This document shows, piece after piece, positions 9,118 to 19,481 of a stretch of DNA of 64,000 nt; within the stretch, counting starts at the first letter, position 1; each line of letters starts with the position of its first letter. The notes beneath the pieces were generated by a model that searched no databases, was not told where the DNA came from, and saw only the letters and a list, made by a program, of their open reading frames with translations. Source of the stretch: Candidatus Omnitrophota bacterium (GTDB lineage: Bacteria > Omnitrophota > Gorgyraeia > Gygaellales > Profunditerraquicolaceae); the NCBI GenBank assembly GCA_043823435.1, contig JBDRAV010000002.1, positions 61,755-125,754 on the forward strand, read 5' to 3'. The translations under genes were made by a program, and so were the position numbers.

Positions 9118-11324
9118 TGAATATCAACCAGTTAAAGAAACCTTTAATTTTACTGATTGCCGGTTTTTGGTTACTGGCTATTATTACTTATGCCCAGGGC
9201 CAAAAGGATGAACCCATTATAATTAACGGGGATACGGTTGAATATCTGACCGAAGGCAAGGAGGTTACCGCTACAGGCAATGTCTCGGTAATCTATAAAG
9301 GCGCAAAGTTAAGCTGCCGTAAACTTACCATCAATACCCAGACCAAGGATGCCGAAGCCGAAGGCGAAGTGAGGCTGGAGGATAAAAAGGGTGTAATCGA
9401 AGGGGAAAAGGCAAAATATAATTTTCAGACCAAGACCGGGGTTATCATCGATGCCGAATTCAGGGCCAACCCTTATTTTGGCTGGTCGGAAGATGTCGAG
9501 AAGGTGAGCGAAAGCGAATTTATCGCCAGGCGCGGATATATGACCACCTGTGATTACGACAGGCCGCATTACCGCATAAAATCAGAGAAGATGGATATCT
9601 TCCCGGATGACAAGGTGCAGACCAAGGACGATGTTTTCTATGTAGGCCGCGTCCCCGTAATGTATATCCCTCAATACAACCAGAGCCTTAAGGACCCGTT
9701 TATGCATGTGCAGTTAGTGCCCGGTAAGAGCAAGGATTGGGGTATATATATGCTCAGCGCCTGGAGATACGATATTACCGACGATGTCAAGGGGAGGATT
9801 TATTTTGATTACCGTTCAAAGAAGGGGGTAGCTGAAGGGTTCGGGACAAACTACTCGACCTCTGAATTCGGCAGGGGGGATTTCAAGTATTATTATACGC
9901 AGGAGAGGGACCATAACCTTGATAAGAGCAATAGGGCTCCCAGGATATTCCAAAGGTATTTCATACGCTGGCGCCATAAAGCCGATATAGACGAACAGAC
10001 GAATTTCGTGGGCGAATATTACAAGATAACTGATTCTAAAATGGCGATTTATGGTTCAGAATACAGTTTCTTAAAAGATTATTTCTTACGCGAATACGAA
10101 AAAGCTGCCCAACCCCCATCTTATCTTTTATTCCACCATAGTTTCGCTTATTCGAGCCTGGACTTTCTTTTAGAGAAGCGCACTAACCGCTGGTATGACC
10201 CCGGATATCTGGAAAGCCTGCCGGAGATAAAATATAGCTTATCTTCTTTTCAACTCGGGGAGAGCCCATTTTACTTCGATAATAATTCTTCTTTTGGAAA
10301 TTACAATAAGAAGAATACCAGTACCATGACTCCCACTTTGAATAATACCAGCACATCAACGACCGATACGCACGTAAACAGGCTTGATACCAGCAATAAA
10401 TTATCATTGCCTATGAGAATAGCTTTTGTCAGCTTTACGCCGTACGTGATGAACCGGGAGACCTTTTATGACAAGAGGGCTTATGGCTCTAGCATGGCCC
10501 CGCGTACTGTTTTTTATAGCGGAGCTGACCTGAGCACTAAATTTTACCGTATATTTAACGTCCATACCAATCTCCTTGGTTTAGACCTGAACGGGTTGAG
10601 GCATATAATTACCCCTACCGTAGGTTACGCATTCAATCATGAGCCCTCTATTTCTAACGGCGAGTTAAGGCAGATAGACGAAGTGGAGCAGATTGCAAGA
10701 AATAACAGTGTTACCCTGGGGGTAACCAACAAACTGCAGACAAAGAGGAATAATCAGAGCGTAGATATCGCTAATCTAGATCTAACCACCAGTTATTCCC
10801 TTAAGCCTAAAAGCGGGACAAAGAGAGGAAGCAGCCTTTCGGACTTTCTTATCAAGCTGGAGCTCCTGCCGTATTCCTGGATGAGCATATATTCCGATGC
10901 TACTTATGTTCATTCCGGGCCGCGCGATAACGTGAATTACAACCGTTTTGCCAATGTGAACTATGGCCTTAATTTTAATTTTGGAGAAGAGCGCTCTTTC
11001 TCCGTCGGGCAGCGTTATCAGTTAAAAGGCGGGAATGAGATAACTTATGATCTGGAATGGCGCCTGAACCCTAAGTGGAAATTATCTGTTTACCAGAGAT
11101 ACAACAGGGGGCATGATCCGACCTTAATGAGGGGGTTGAGGGAGCAGGAGTATACCGTATCCCGGGATCTGCACTGCTGGGTTTGGGATATTACTTATAA
11201 CGTGAAGAGAGGGCACGGAGAAGCAATCTGGTTTATATTCAGGTTAAAGGCTTTCCCTGAAGTGGAATTTGAGTTTAATCAGAGTTACCATGAGCGTAAG
11301 CCGGGCTCTCAGTCCGGTCCATAA
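9117..11324 (+). CDS. lptD: LPS-assembly protein LptD-like (OstA N-terminal domain plus large C-terminal putative beta-barrel)
   Basis: Signal peptide; an OstA/LptA-like N-terminal beta-jellyroll segment (GNVSVIYKGAKLSCRKLTINTQTKDAEAEGEVRLEDKKGVIEGEKAKYNFQTKTGVI); 735 aa and rich in aromatic/Gly beta-strand patterns. Confidence 0.6.
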   Translation: MNINQLKKPLILLIAGFWLLAIITYAQGQKDEPIIINGDTVEYLTEGKEVTATGNVSVIYKGAKLSCRKLTINTQTKDAEAEGEVRLEDKKGVIEGEKAKYNFQTKTGVIIDAEFRANPYFGWSEDVEKVSESEFIARRGYMTTCDYDRPHYRIKSEKMDIFPDDKVQTKDDVFYVGRVPVMYIPQYNQSLKDPFMHVQLVPGKSKDWGIYMLSAWRYDITDDVKGRIYFDYRSKKGVAEGFGTNYSTSEFGRGDFKYYYTQERDHNLDKSNRAPRIFQRYFIRWRHKADIDEQTNFVGEYYKITDSKMAIYGSEYSFLKDYFLREYEKAAQPPSYLLFHHSFAYSSLDFLLEKRTNRWYDPGYLESLPEIKYSLSSFQLGESPFYFDNNSSFGNYNKKNTSTMTPTLNNTSTSTTDTHVNRLDTSNKLSLPMRIAFVSFTPYVMNRETFYDKRAYGSSMAPRTVFYSGADLSTKFYRIFNVHTNLLGLDLNGLRHIITPTVGYAFNHEPSISNGELRQIDEVEQIARNNSVTLGVTNKLQTKRNNQSVDIANLDLTTSYSLKPKSGTKRGSSLSDFLIKLELLPYSWMSIYSDATYVHSGPRDNVNYNRFANVNYGLNFNFGEERSFSVGQRYQLKGGNEITYDLEWRLNPKWKLSVYQRYNRGHDPTLMRGLREQEYTVSRDLHCWVWDITYNVKRGHGEAIWFIFRLKAFPEVEFEFNQSYHERKPGSQSGP

Positions 11325-11351
11325 TTACCGCATTTTAATCCAAGGAGCTAT

Positions 11352-12656
11352 ATGAATATCTCAATAATCGGCACCGGTTATGTAGGCTTGGTAACAGGCG
11401 CCTGCTTTGCGGAATCAGGGAATAGCGTTATCTGCGCCGATAATAATAAGGGCAAGATCGCAGACCTTAAAAAGGGCATTATTCCCATATATGAACCCGG
11501 GTTGGAAGAGATGGTAAGGGTTAATGTCAAAAAGAAGAGACTCTTCTTTACCACCAGCATTAAAGATGCCGTAGATAACTCCGAGGTGATATTTATCGCC
11601 GTAGGGACTCCTTCCATGGATAACGGCGAGGCAGACCTCACCGGAGTTGAGAACGTGGCCCGTAATATAGCGATGAATTTAAGGCGTTACCGCCTTATCG
11701 TCGAGAAATCCACGGTGCCGGTTGAAACCGGGAAATGGGTTAAGCATACCATCTCCACGTACATCAAGCGCAATGTAAAATTTGACATCGCCTCAAATCC
11801 TGAATTCCTGAGAGAGGGGCAGGCGATCAGTGATTTTATGCATCCGGACAGGATTGTCATCGGGGTGGAATCAAAGAAGGCGAGGGATATCCTGGTAAGC
11901 CTGTATAAACCTTTGAACGCCCCGATAGTTATCACCGATATTAAGTCCGCAGAATTGATCAAACACGCTTCTAATTCTTACCTCGCGACCAAGATATCAT
12001 TCATTAACGCCATCTCCCGCGTGTGCGAGAAAGTCGGAGCTGATATAATAGAAGTCGCGCAGGGTATGGGTATGGATAAAAGGATCGGCCCTGCTTTCCT
12101 GAAAGCAGGCGTAGGATACGGCGGTTCCTGTTTCCCTAAAGACGTCGACGCTTTTATCAACATAACGGAAAAATTAGGCTGCAGTTTTGACCTGCTTAAG
12201 GAAGTCAGAAGGATCAATATGCAGCAGAGTGATTTCTTTATAAACAAGATCAAGGACGCGCTGTGGATAATCAAAGATAAGTCCATAGGCATACTGGGGT
12301 TGTCATTTAAGCCTAATACCGACGATATCCGTAATGCCCCTTCCATAGAGATAATCCGGGCGCTGCAATCGGAAGGTGCAAAAGTAAAGGTTTATGATCC
12401 TTCCGCAACAGCAAAGACCCTCCAGGCTATAGGCAAGGTCAGGTTCTGCAAGGACCCTTATGAGGCCTGTAAAGGGAGCGATTGTTTATTGATTGTTACG
12501 GAGTGGAATGAGTTTAAGGAGCTGGATTTCTCCAGGGTCAGGAGATTGCTGAAGAGGCCCCTTATCATAGACGGCCGCAATATTTATGACCCCCAGAGAA
12601 TAAAGAAATTAGGTTTTACTTATATCGGGATAGGCAGAAGGGGCACTCCTAAATGA
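11352..12656 (+). CDS. ugd: UDP-glucose 6-dehydrogenase
   Basis: MNISIIGTGYVGLVTGACFAESG Rossmann N-terminus, catalytic GGSCFPKD, UDP-binding C-terminal domain. Confidence 0.9.
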   Translation: MNISIIGTGYVGLVTGACFAESGNSVICADNNKGKIADLKKGIIPIYEPGLEEMVRVNVKKKRLFFTTSIKDAVDNSEVIFIAVGTPSMDNGEADLTGVENVARNIAMNLRRYRLIVEKSTVPVETGKWVKHTISTYIKRNVKFDIASNPEFLREGQAISDFMHPDRIVIGVESKKARDILVSLYKPLNAPIVITDIKSAELIKHASNSYLATKISFINAISRVCEKVGADIIEVAQGMGMDKRIGPAFLKAGVGYGGSCFPKDVDAFINITEKLGCSFDLLKEVRRINMQQSDFFINKIKDALWIIKDKSIGILGLSFKPNTDDIRNAPSIEIIRALQSEGAKVKVYDPSATAKTLQAIGKVRFCKDPYEACKGSDCLLIVTEWNEFKELDFSRVRRLLKRPLIIDGRNIYDPQRIKKLGFTYIGIGRRGTPK

Positions 12657-13984
12657 CAACAGGGCATAAGACCATGTACAATCATATACGGGATTTTAAA
12701 AAAAGGGTTAACAGAAAAGAAGTCAGGATAGCGGTTGTAGGCCTGGGCTATGTAGGGTTACCGCTGGCTGTTGAGTTTGCCGGGAGCGGCTTTAAAGTCT
12801 TGGGCATAGAGATAGATAAGGACAGGCTAAACTACATTAAAAAGAAGGAGTCTTATATCAATGATGTGCCCACAAAAGATTTGAAGCGGGTATTGCGCTT
12901 GAATAAATTCAGGGCTAGCGCAGACTTCGGTGCCTTAAGATGGGTTGACGTAATTATTATTTGCGTACCTACTCCCTTAAAGAGGAGATACTATCCTGAT
13001 ATCTCATATATAAAACAGGCGGTTAATTCTATAGCCGGCAATATCCGTAAAGGCGCCCTGGTTGTCCTAGAGAGCACTACTTATCCGGGTACGACTGATG
13101 AAGTAATACGCCCGCTTCTGGAGACCGGGGGGTTAAGGTGCGGCAGGGATTTTTATCTTGCGTTCTCTCCCGAGCGCATCGATCCCGGCAACGCAAGGTA
13201 CCCGGTGTGCAAGATCCCTAAAATCATCGGAGGGGTAACCCCGGAGGCGACGGAATTGACTAAGGCCGTGTACGGGAAGATCATCAACAAGGTGGTTCCG
13301 GTATCATCGGCCAGGGTCGCCGAGGCTGCTAAGCTTCTGGAAAATACATTCCGATTGATAAATATAGGCCTTATAGACGAGTTGGCAATGATGGCAGACC
13401 AGATGAAGATAGATATATGGGAAGTGATCAGGGCGGCAAAAACAAAGCCTTTTGGTTTCATGGCTTTTTATCCCGGCCCCGGCGTAGGGGGGCATTGCAT
13501 ACCCAAGGACCCGCTCTATCTCTATTGGAAGGCGAAGCGCCATGGTTTTAATTCCCGTTTTATAAAATTAGCTTCAGATATCATCACCTATATGCCCGGA
13601 TACGTGGCCAAAAGGGTTATCAGGATATTGGAGAAGAAAGGAAAGAAACTGAATGAAATGAAGGTCCTGGTCATAGGCGTTACCTATAAAAAAGACATAA
13701 AGGATTTAAGGAAATCGCCGTCGCTGGATATAATCGATATTTTGCAGAAAAAGAAGGTATCCGTATCCTATTATGACCCGATAATTCCCTTCCTTAAATT
13801 CAATCATACAGACCTTAAGTCCATAAAGATGGATAAGCACCAGTTAAACAAGTTTGATTGCGCGATAATAGCGGTGGACCATTCTGCGCTGGATTACAAG
13901 TTTATACTGGATAACTCCAAAGTTATCTTTGATGCGCGCAATGCCTATAATAATTTTAAGGACGACAGGATAATAAAGCTATGA
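12653..13984 (+). CDS. Nucleotide-sugar dehydrogenase, UDP-N-acetyl-D-mannosamine/glucosamine dehydrogenase type (WecC/WbpA/Cap5O-like)
   Basis: IAVVGLGYVGLPLAVEFA..., catalytic GGHCIPKD, UDPG_MGDP_dh C-terminal domain. Confidence 0.8.
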   Translation: MTTGHKTMYNHIRDFKKRVNRKEVRIAVVGLGYVGLPLAVEFAGSGFKVLGIEIDKDRLNYIKKKESYINDVPTKDLKRVLRLNKFRASADFGALRWVDVIIICVPTPLKRRYYPDISYIKQAVNSIAGNIRKGALVVLESTTYPGTTDEVIRPLLETGGLRCGRDFYLAFSPERIDPGNARYPVCKIPKIIGGVTPEATELTKAVYGKIINKVVPVSSARVAEAAKLLENTFRLINIGLIDELAMMADQMKIDIWEVIRAAKTKPFGFMAFYPGPGVGGHCIPKDPLYLYWKAKRHGFNSRFIKLASDIITYMPGYVAKRVIRILEKKGKKLNEMKVLVIGVTYKKDIKDLRKSPSLDIIDILQKKKVSVSYYDPIIPFLKFNHTDLKSIKMDKHQLNKFDCAIIAVDHSALDYKFILDNSKVIFDARNAYNNFKDDRIIKL

Positions 13985-14913
13985 GTAGATTCCTGGTAAC
14001 CGGAGGCGCCGGTTTTATCGGTTCTCATATTGCCGAGAGATTAGCCAAGAGCAAGCATTTTGTAAGGGTGCTGGATAATTTCTCAAGCGGCAGAATGGAG
14101 AATCTCGGGGGTATAGCGGACAAGATAGAGTTAATCCGGGGGGATATCCGCTCCAAGGCTACCTGTGTCCGCGCTACCCGTGGCGTTGATTTCATCCTGC
14201 ATCAGGCAGCTTTAAGGAGCGTGCCGAAATCTATGAAGAACCCGGGAGAATATAACGAGGTGAATATAGGCGGTACGCTGAATATGTTGGAGGCATCTTT
14301 AAGAAACAAAGCAAGGTGTTTTGTCTTTGCCTCTTCCAGCTCTGTCTACGGGCAGGTAAATAAATTTCCGCAGAAAGAACTCTTTTTGCCCCAACCCATT
14401 TCACCTTATGCATTGACCAAACTGGCAGGCGAGCATTATTGCCGGATGTTCAGCCGTCACTATGGCCTGCCTACGGTGTCCCTGCGTTATTTTAACGTCT
14501 TCGGGCCAAGGCAGTCCCTGGACGACGAATACGCCGTGGTTATCCCGAAATTTATCAACTGTATATTGAATGACAATCCGCCTCCCGTATACGGGAACGG
14601 AAGGCAATCGCGGGATTTTACTTATATCGATAATGTCGTATCGGCAAATATCCTCTCCGCAAGAAGAGCCGGGCCTTGCGCCATGGTCTTTAATGTAGGC
14701 TGCGGAAAAAATTATACCGTCCTTGAATTGGTCAGGGTGCTGAATAAAATAATGCTCAAGGATATAAGGCCGGTTTTCTTGAAGTCGCGGCCGGGGGACG
14801 TATTTAAAACGCTGGCGGATATATCAACGATAAGGAAGAGGCTCGGCTATAAGCCGGGAATAGATTTTATAAAAGGATTGGAATTAACGATAAAATATTT
14901 CAAAGATGCGTAA
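13981..14913 (+). CDS. NAD-dependent nucleotide-sugar 4-epimerase (WbpP/GalE-like short-chain dehydrogenase)
   Basis: [17 protein letters not shown], catalytic YxxxK ([11 protein letters not shown]), typical SDR extended family. Confidence 0.8.
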   Translation: MSRFLVTGGAGFIGSHIAERLAKSKHFVRVLDNFSSGRMENLGGIADKIELIRGDIRSKATCVRATRGVDFILHQAALRSVPKSMKNPGEYNEVNIGGTLNMLEASLRNKARCFVFASSSSVYGQVNKFPQKELFLPQPISPYALTKLAGEHYCRMFSRHYGLPTVSLRYFNVFGPRQSLDDEYAVVIPKFINCILNDNPPPVYGNGRQSRDFTYIDNVVSANILSARRAGPCAMVFNVGCGKNYTVLELVRVLNKIMLKDIRPVFLKSRPGDVFKTLADISTIRKRLGYKPGIDFIKGLELTIKYFKDA

Positions 14914-15859
14914 GAAGACCGCTGTGATTACCGGAGGCGCCGGATTTATAGGTTCGCACCTATGCGATAAACTGATCACAGAAGGCTTCAGGGTTATCTG
15001 CCTTGACAATTTTATCACCAGCAGTATCGCTAATGTAAGGCATCTGCTTAAGTGCAAGAATTTCCACTTTATAAAACATGATGTTTCGCGGTATATCAAT
15101 ATAGCCGGAAAAGTTGACTATATCCTGCATTTTGCTTCTCCGGCTTCCCCGCAGGATTACCTTAAATTCCCTATTCAGACGCTGAAGGTGGGTTCCCTCG
15201 GCACGCATAACGCCCTGGGCTTAGCCAAGAAGAAGAGGGCAAGGTTTCTGCTCGCTTCCACATCCGAAGTCTACGGCGATCCCCTGGTGCATCCCCAGCC
15301 TGAATCATACTGGGGCAATGTAAATCCGGTGGGCGTAAGGGGTTGTTATGATGAGGCAAAGCGTTTCTCCGAGGCTATTACTATGGCATACCGCAGGGAG
15401 CACCGGTTAGCTACAAAGATTGTAAGGATCTTTAATACGTACGGGCCCCGTATGAGGCTAAACGACGGCAGGGTTGTCCCCAACTTTATATATCAGGCTA
15501 TAAACAACAAGCCGATAACTGTATACGGAACCGGCAGGCAGACTCGGTCATTCTGTTACGTAAGCGATTTAATAGAAGGTATATATAAACTGGCACTCTC
15601 CGATATTAATGAACCGGTGAATCTGGGGAATACCCACGAATTTAGCGTTATAAAATTAGCCAATATTATATTGAAATTGGCAGGGGTAAGGAGCAGGCTT
15701 GTGTTCAGGCCCCTGCTTGCTGATGATCCTAAACAGAGGCAGCCGGATATCTCGCGGGCAAAAATGATCCTAAGATGGAAGCCCACAATAGAATTGGAGG
15801 AGGGGTTAAAGATAACGATAGACTGGTTTAGAGGCAATTCAGATTCAGTGAAGGCTTGA
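14906..15859 (+). CDS. UDP-glucuronate decarboxylase (UDP-xylose synthase, UXS/ArnA-decarboxylase-like)
   Basis: [33 protein letters not shown]; highly characteristic of the UXS family; follows ugd. Confidence 0.85.
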   Translation: MRKKTAVITGGAGFIGSHLCDKLITEGFRVICLDNFITSSIANVRHLLKCKNFHFIKHDVSRYINIAGKVDYILHFASPASPQDYLKFPIQTLKVGSLGTHNALGLAKKKRARFLLASTSEVYGDPLVHPQPESYWGNVNPVGVRGCYDEAKRFSEAITMAYRREHRLATKIVRIFNTYGPRMRLNDGRVVPNFIYQAINNKPITVYGTGRQTRSFCYVSDLIEGIYKLALSDINEPVNLGNTHEFSVIKLANIILKLAGVRSRLVFRPLLADDPKQRQPDISRAKMILRWKPTIELEEGLKITIDWFRGNSDSVKA

Positions 15860-16015
15860 AAAGCGGCGTATATTTTAATCTTATAAATTAATCAGAAAGA
15901 AGCTATCGGCTTGAATCCGAAAAGATAAATTCAGGGTGACCTGGGGGCACAAAGCCGCGCATCCTCGCTTGAGATGAAGGGCGGGCTACCCCCCCGAAGA
16001 TCCTAAGCGTTTAAA

Positions 16016-16043
16016 CCCCAGGTAGAGCTTACCTAGGGTTTTT
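16016..16043 (+). terminator. Rho-independent terminator candidate after the UDP-sugar operon
   Basis: CCCCAGGTA-gagct-TACCTAGGG stem (one C.A mismatch) followed by TTTTT. Confidence 0.5.
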
Positions 16044-16047
16044 GTGC

Positions 16048-16076
16048 TTGACAAATAGAAAGGGGGGTGCTATAAA
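16048..16076 (+). promoter_or_regulatory. Sigma-70-type promoter candidate (TTGACA-17 nt-TATAAA) ahead of the pilin gene, leaving a ~160-nt leader
   Basis: TTGACA at 16048-16053, 17-nt spacer, TATAAA at 16071-16076. Confidence 0.45.
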
Positions 16077-16238
16077 ACTTACGTAGGCAATAAGGTGACA
16101 TGCGCTCTTTCAGGCTTGCTTCAACCGGCGGGAAGCCAGGCAGTTATAATTTTTTAGAGCGTCATAAATAGTGCTAGGAAGCAGGCATAAGGCGTTAAAT
16201 GGTCAGTCATACCTTAGGAGGGGGGGGAAAATAATAAG

Positions 16239-16679
16239 ATGAGAAAGAAAGGTTTTACCATTGTTGAATTCATGATAGTCGTAGCTATAATTGCTCTCTT
16301 AGCAGCATTAGCCATACCTAACCTGATAAAGCAGAGGATAACCGCTAACGAGTCAACAGCAGAGGTGACCTTAAGGACTATTTCTACGGCCTTTGAGAGG
16401 TATGCTGAGGCAAATAACGGACAGTATCCTACGGATGTGGCTGCTCAGTTGATAGATGCAAGTCCGCCATATCTTAATGAAAATTATTTTATTAAATGTG
16501 TTGCTGCTACACCGTGCTCTGGTTATGTATATGTTGTTTCCGGGTCTCTTGCTACTACAGGTTATACAATTACCGCAAAGCCCGTAAACTGCACTACTTC
16601 CGGGACAAAGAGTTATCAGTTAACTACCGGTAGCGTGCTTTCTACTGATGTAAGCTGCACTGCCGCCCCCGGCAGTTAA
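16239..16679 (+). CDS. Type IV pilin / pseudopilin (prepilin-type N-terminal cleavage/methylation domain)
   Basis: MRKKGFTIVEFMIVVAIIALLAALAIPNL: class III signal peptide with G-1 F+1 E+5; RBS AGGAGGGGGG upstream. Confidence 0.8.
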   Translation: MRKKGFTIVEFMIVVAIIALLAALAIPNLIKQRITANESTAEVTLRTISTAFERYAEANNGQYPTDVAAQLIDASPPYLNENYFIKCVAATPCSGYVYVVSGSLATTGYTITAKPVNCTTSGTKSYQLTTGSVLSTDVSCTAAPGS

Positions 16680-16711
16680 TTCTGGTTTAAAGTGATTTTG
16701 TTTTAAGAAAA

Positions 16712-16742
16712 GGGCAAAAGATAAAATCTTTCGCCCTTTTTT
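16712..16742 (+). terminator. Rho-independent terminator after the pilin gene
   Basis: GGGCAAAAGA-taaaa-TCTTTCGCCC hairpin (one mismatch) followed by TTTTTT. Confidence 0.55.
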
Positions 16743-16926
16743 CTTTTAATGAGCACGCGGCTTATGGTATGAAATAAACATAAGCCACAGTGCGAATTAA
16801 TCCCCTGTTATTTTAAAGTGGCGCAGAAAAATCCGTATATGCAATTTACGTCTACTTCCCGCTGACTATAACTCCTATTCAGAGGAGCGGGGCGTTGCGT
16901 AAATTGTGCAGTTAGATCTTTTTTTC

Positions 16927-16955
16927 TTGACTAATCCTTCATACTAACTTACAAT
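16927..16955 (+). promoter_or_regulatory. Sigma-70-type promoter candidate (TTGACT-17-TACAAT) for the DUF2344-rng operon, leaving a ~210-nt leader
   Basis: TTGACT 16927-16932, 17-nt spacer, TACAAT 16950-16955. Confidence 0.35.
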
Positions 16956-17172
16956 ACCACTTATAGATATGAAAAAAGGAGCCAGTTTCTTCATCTTTGA
17001 ACAGTACAGAAGAACAAGTAAAATATCTCAACCCTTTGGCCGGGCTCAGGTTGTCGGAGCTTCGTTATATTAGTAGCAGGGCTGAGTGGGTTCGCGATTG
17101 ATCCCGGGAAAGACGCCGGGGGAACAAAATGAAGAACAATAAATATCTGGCAGTAATCCCCGCTCAAATTTT

Positions 17173-17505
17173 ATGGCTATAAGATTTACTTTTATTTTTT
17201 CCAAGAAGGGCAGAATGAGATTTATATCCCATTTAGACCTGATGCGTTTATTTATGCGCGCGGTGCGAAGGGCAGAGTTGCCGGTGAAGATGACCGAAGG
17301 GTTCAGCCCCCATCCAAAGTTCAGTATTAAAAGGGCCTTAAAGCTGGGTATAGAAAGCGATAACGAGGAAGCAGCGTTTGTTTTAAGGGAGCAGGTTAGT
17401 CTCCCGGATTTTAAGCAGAGATTACAAAAAGAATTGCCCGAAGGAATACATATACGGGAAGTGCATAGTGAGGTAAAAGAGGATGTCCAAAGAAATCTTA
17501 ATTAA
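17173..17505 (+). CDS. DUF2344/TIGR03936-like protein (family usually found upstream of RNase E/G); about half the usual length
   Basis: RMRFISHLDLMRLFMRAVRRAELPV...GFSPHPKFS matches the conserved RFISHLDL core of the family; overlaps rng start by 23 nt. Confidence 0.55.
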   Translation: MAIRFTFIFSKKGRMRFISHLDLMRLFMRAVRRAELPVKMTEGFSPHPKFSIKRALKLGIESDNEEAAFVLREQVSLPDFKQRLQKELPEGIHIREVHSEVKEDVQRNLN

Positions 17506-18925
17506 CATCGAATCACAGGAAAAGCGGTCTGCCATAGTCAATGCCGGACGCCTGGAAGAATTTTATATTGAACGTCCGCAGGATAAGACTATTGTCGGCA
17601 ATATCTATAAGGGCAAGATTGAAGCGGCCCTGCCTTCAATCGGAGCGGCATTCGTAGATATAGGACTGCCTAAAAAGGGTTTCCTTTATTTATCAGAGAT
17701 AGAATATTCTTTTGAGTCCCTGGAGACCCAAAGCCCCAGCAAGATGGATCAGATAAAAAAGGGGCAGGAGGTCCTGGTGCAGGTGGTGAAAGAATCGTTC
17801 GGGACCAAGGGCCCGCGTTTATCCTGTCATATCGGCTTGGCCGGAAGGTATTTAGTGCTTATGCCGCAGGAGAACCAGGTTGGAGTCTCAAGAAGAATAG
17901 AAGACGATGAAGAAAGAAAACGCCTTAGAAGGGTACTTTCAGAGTTGAAATTAGCGAAGGACGTAGGTTTTATCGTGCGCACAGCAGCCTCGGGAAGGTC
18001 AAAACGGGAACTGCAGAGGGATGCTGATTTCTTGACTAAATTGTGGAAGAGGCTGGAGAAGATCGCGCAGAGCAAGAAGGCCCCTGCCCTTGTTTATGAA
18101 GAGTATGATTTGACGCTCAGGGTGATAAGGGACTCCTTTACCGAAGACGTTTCCAAGTTGATAGTGGATTCAAAGACCGAGTATTACAGGATACAGAATT
18201 TTATGAGGACATTCCTGAATTATTTAAGGAATAAGGTAGAATTATACCGGGGCGATAACCTCTTCGAGGATAAGGATATCGAAAGACAGGTTAATAAGAT
18301 CTTTGAGGCCAGGGTCTATTTAAAATCAAAGGGTTACCTTATCATCGAGCCTACCGAAGGTCTGGTAGTTATCGACGTAAACAGCGGGGGTTTCGCTAAG
18401 AAGCTGAATCAGGAGGATACGGCGTTCAAGGTAAATTGCGAAGCGGCTGTGGAGGCTGCCCGTCAACTGATCCTGCGCGATTTAGGGGGCATAATCGTTA
18501 TAGATTTCATAGACATGGAGAGGGAGAATCACCGCAGAGAGGTCCTGAACATATTAAAAAAGTCGTTGAATAACGACAGGGCAAAATTTGATATCCTGGG
18601 CATCTCCAAGTTCGGGCTGGTAGAGATGACGCGTGAGCGTATACATAGGACAGTACACACCATTTCTTACCAGGCATGCCCCTATTGCCAGGGTAAGGGC
18701 AAGGTCAAGTCCCCGGTTACCATGTCTATTTATGCACTTAAAGAGCTGAAAAGATTCTTAAAAGGAAAGTCCTTAAGACAGGTAAATATTACCCTAAACC
18801 CTGCCGTAATCGACGAGCTCCTGAAGGATAGGGATAGCCTGAACATTATTGAACGCAAGTTCAAAACAAGCATTAACTTCATATCCGATCCTTTATCGCA
18901 CGCCGATGAGATAAAGATACATTAA
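17483..18925 (+). CDS. rng: Ribonuclease E/G family (RNase G-like, S1 domain plus catalytic core, no long C-terminal scaffold)
   Basis: N-terminal S1 domain, DNase-I-like catalytic region (VIDVNSGG...), Zn-link CPYCQGKG; 480 aa. Confidence 0.85.
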   Translation: MSKEILINIESQEKRSAIVNAGRLEEFYIERPQDKTIVGNIYKGKIEAALPSIGAAFVDIGLPKKGFLYLSEIEYSFESLETQSPSKMDQIKKGQEVLVQVVKESFGTKGPRLSCHIGLAGRYLVLMPQENQVGVSRRIEDDEERKRLRRVLSELKLAKDVGFIVRTAASGRSKRELQRDADFLTKLWKRLEKIAQSKKAPALVYEEYDLTLRVIRDSFTEDVSKLIVDSKTEYYRIQNFMRTFLNYLRNKVELYRGDNLFEDKDIERQVNKIFEARVYLKSKGYLIIEPTEGLVVIDVNSGGFAKKLNQEDTAFKVNCEAAVEAARQLILRDLGGIIVIDFIDMERENHRREVLNILKKSLNNDRAKFDILGISKFGLVEMTRERIHRTVHTISYQACPYCQGKGKVKSPVTMSIYALKELKRFLKGKSLRQVNITLNPAVIDELLKDRDSLNIIERKFKTSINFISDPLSHADEIKIH

Positions 18926-19015
18926 GGGAACCCACTCCGCCCGCCGTAGCATCCTCTTTTTAAGTAAGGCGCTATTTATCCCGATAAACCGCGTTTATAA
19001 CCGCCTAAATTTGCC

Positions 19016-19044
19016 TTGACTACCCATATTTAATATGTTAAAAT
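19016..19044 (+). promoter_or_regulatory. Sigma-70-type promoter candidate (TTGACT-17-TAAAAT) upstream of rplU
   Basis: TTGACT 19016-19021, 17-nt spacer, TAAAAT 19039-19044; AGGAGAG RBS before rplU. Confidence 0.4.
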
Positions 19045-19089
19045 TATAACTCTATCAAATTAAATAATATAATTAAAGGAGAGCGACAA

Positions 19090-19407
19090 ATGTATGCAAT
19101 AATTGAAGTTGGAGCAAAACAGTACACCGTTAAAAAGGGCGATATCATTGAAGTAGAAAAACTGGCAGCCAAGGATGGGAAGGATATGGCCTTAAGCCAG
19201 GTTCTATTGTTAAGTAAAGATAAAAAGGTCGAGATAGGCACTCCTTATCTAAAAGATGTCAAGGTAGAAGCCGTAGTTTTAAAGCAGGTAAAGGGGGAGA
19301 AAAAGGTTTCTTTCAAGTACCGGCGCCGCAAGGCATCCCATTGGAAAAAAGGGCACCGTCAGCAATTGACCCGTTTAAAGATAAAAGAAATACTATTAAA
19401 AGAGTAG
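19090..19407 (+). CDS. rplU: 50S ribosomal protein L21
   Basis: MYAIIEVGAKQYTVKKGDIIEVEKL; near-universal L21 N-terminus. Confidence 0.95.
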   Translation: MYAIIEVGAKQYTVKKGDIIEVEKLAAKDGKDMALSQVLLLSKDKKVEIGTPYLKDVKVEAVVLKQVKGEKKVSFKYRRRKASHWKKGHRQQLTRLKIKEILLKE

Positions 19408-19481
19408 GTAGTATTTAGTAGATAGGTAATAGGGAAAACCTAGATCCTAGCTACTAATTCCTAATTGCTACTATAATAACG

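Noticed and set aside
17030-17130. tRNA-like GGGTTCGCGATTGATCCCGG segment (resembles a T-arm GGTTCGAATCC)
   Set aside because: No acceptor/D/anticodon arms could be folded around it; more likely part of a structured mRNA leader.
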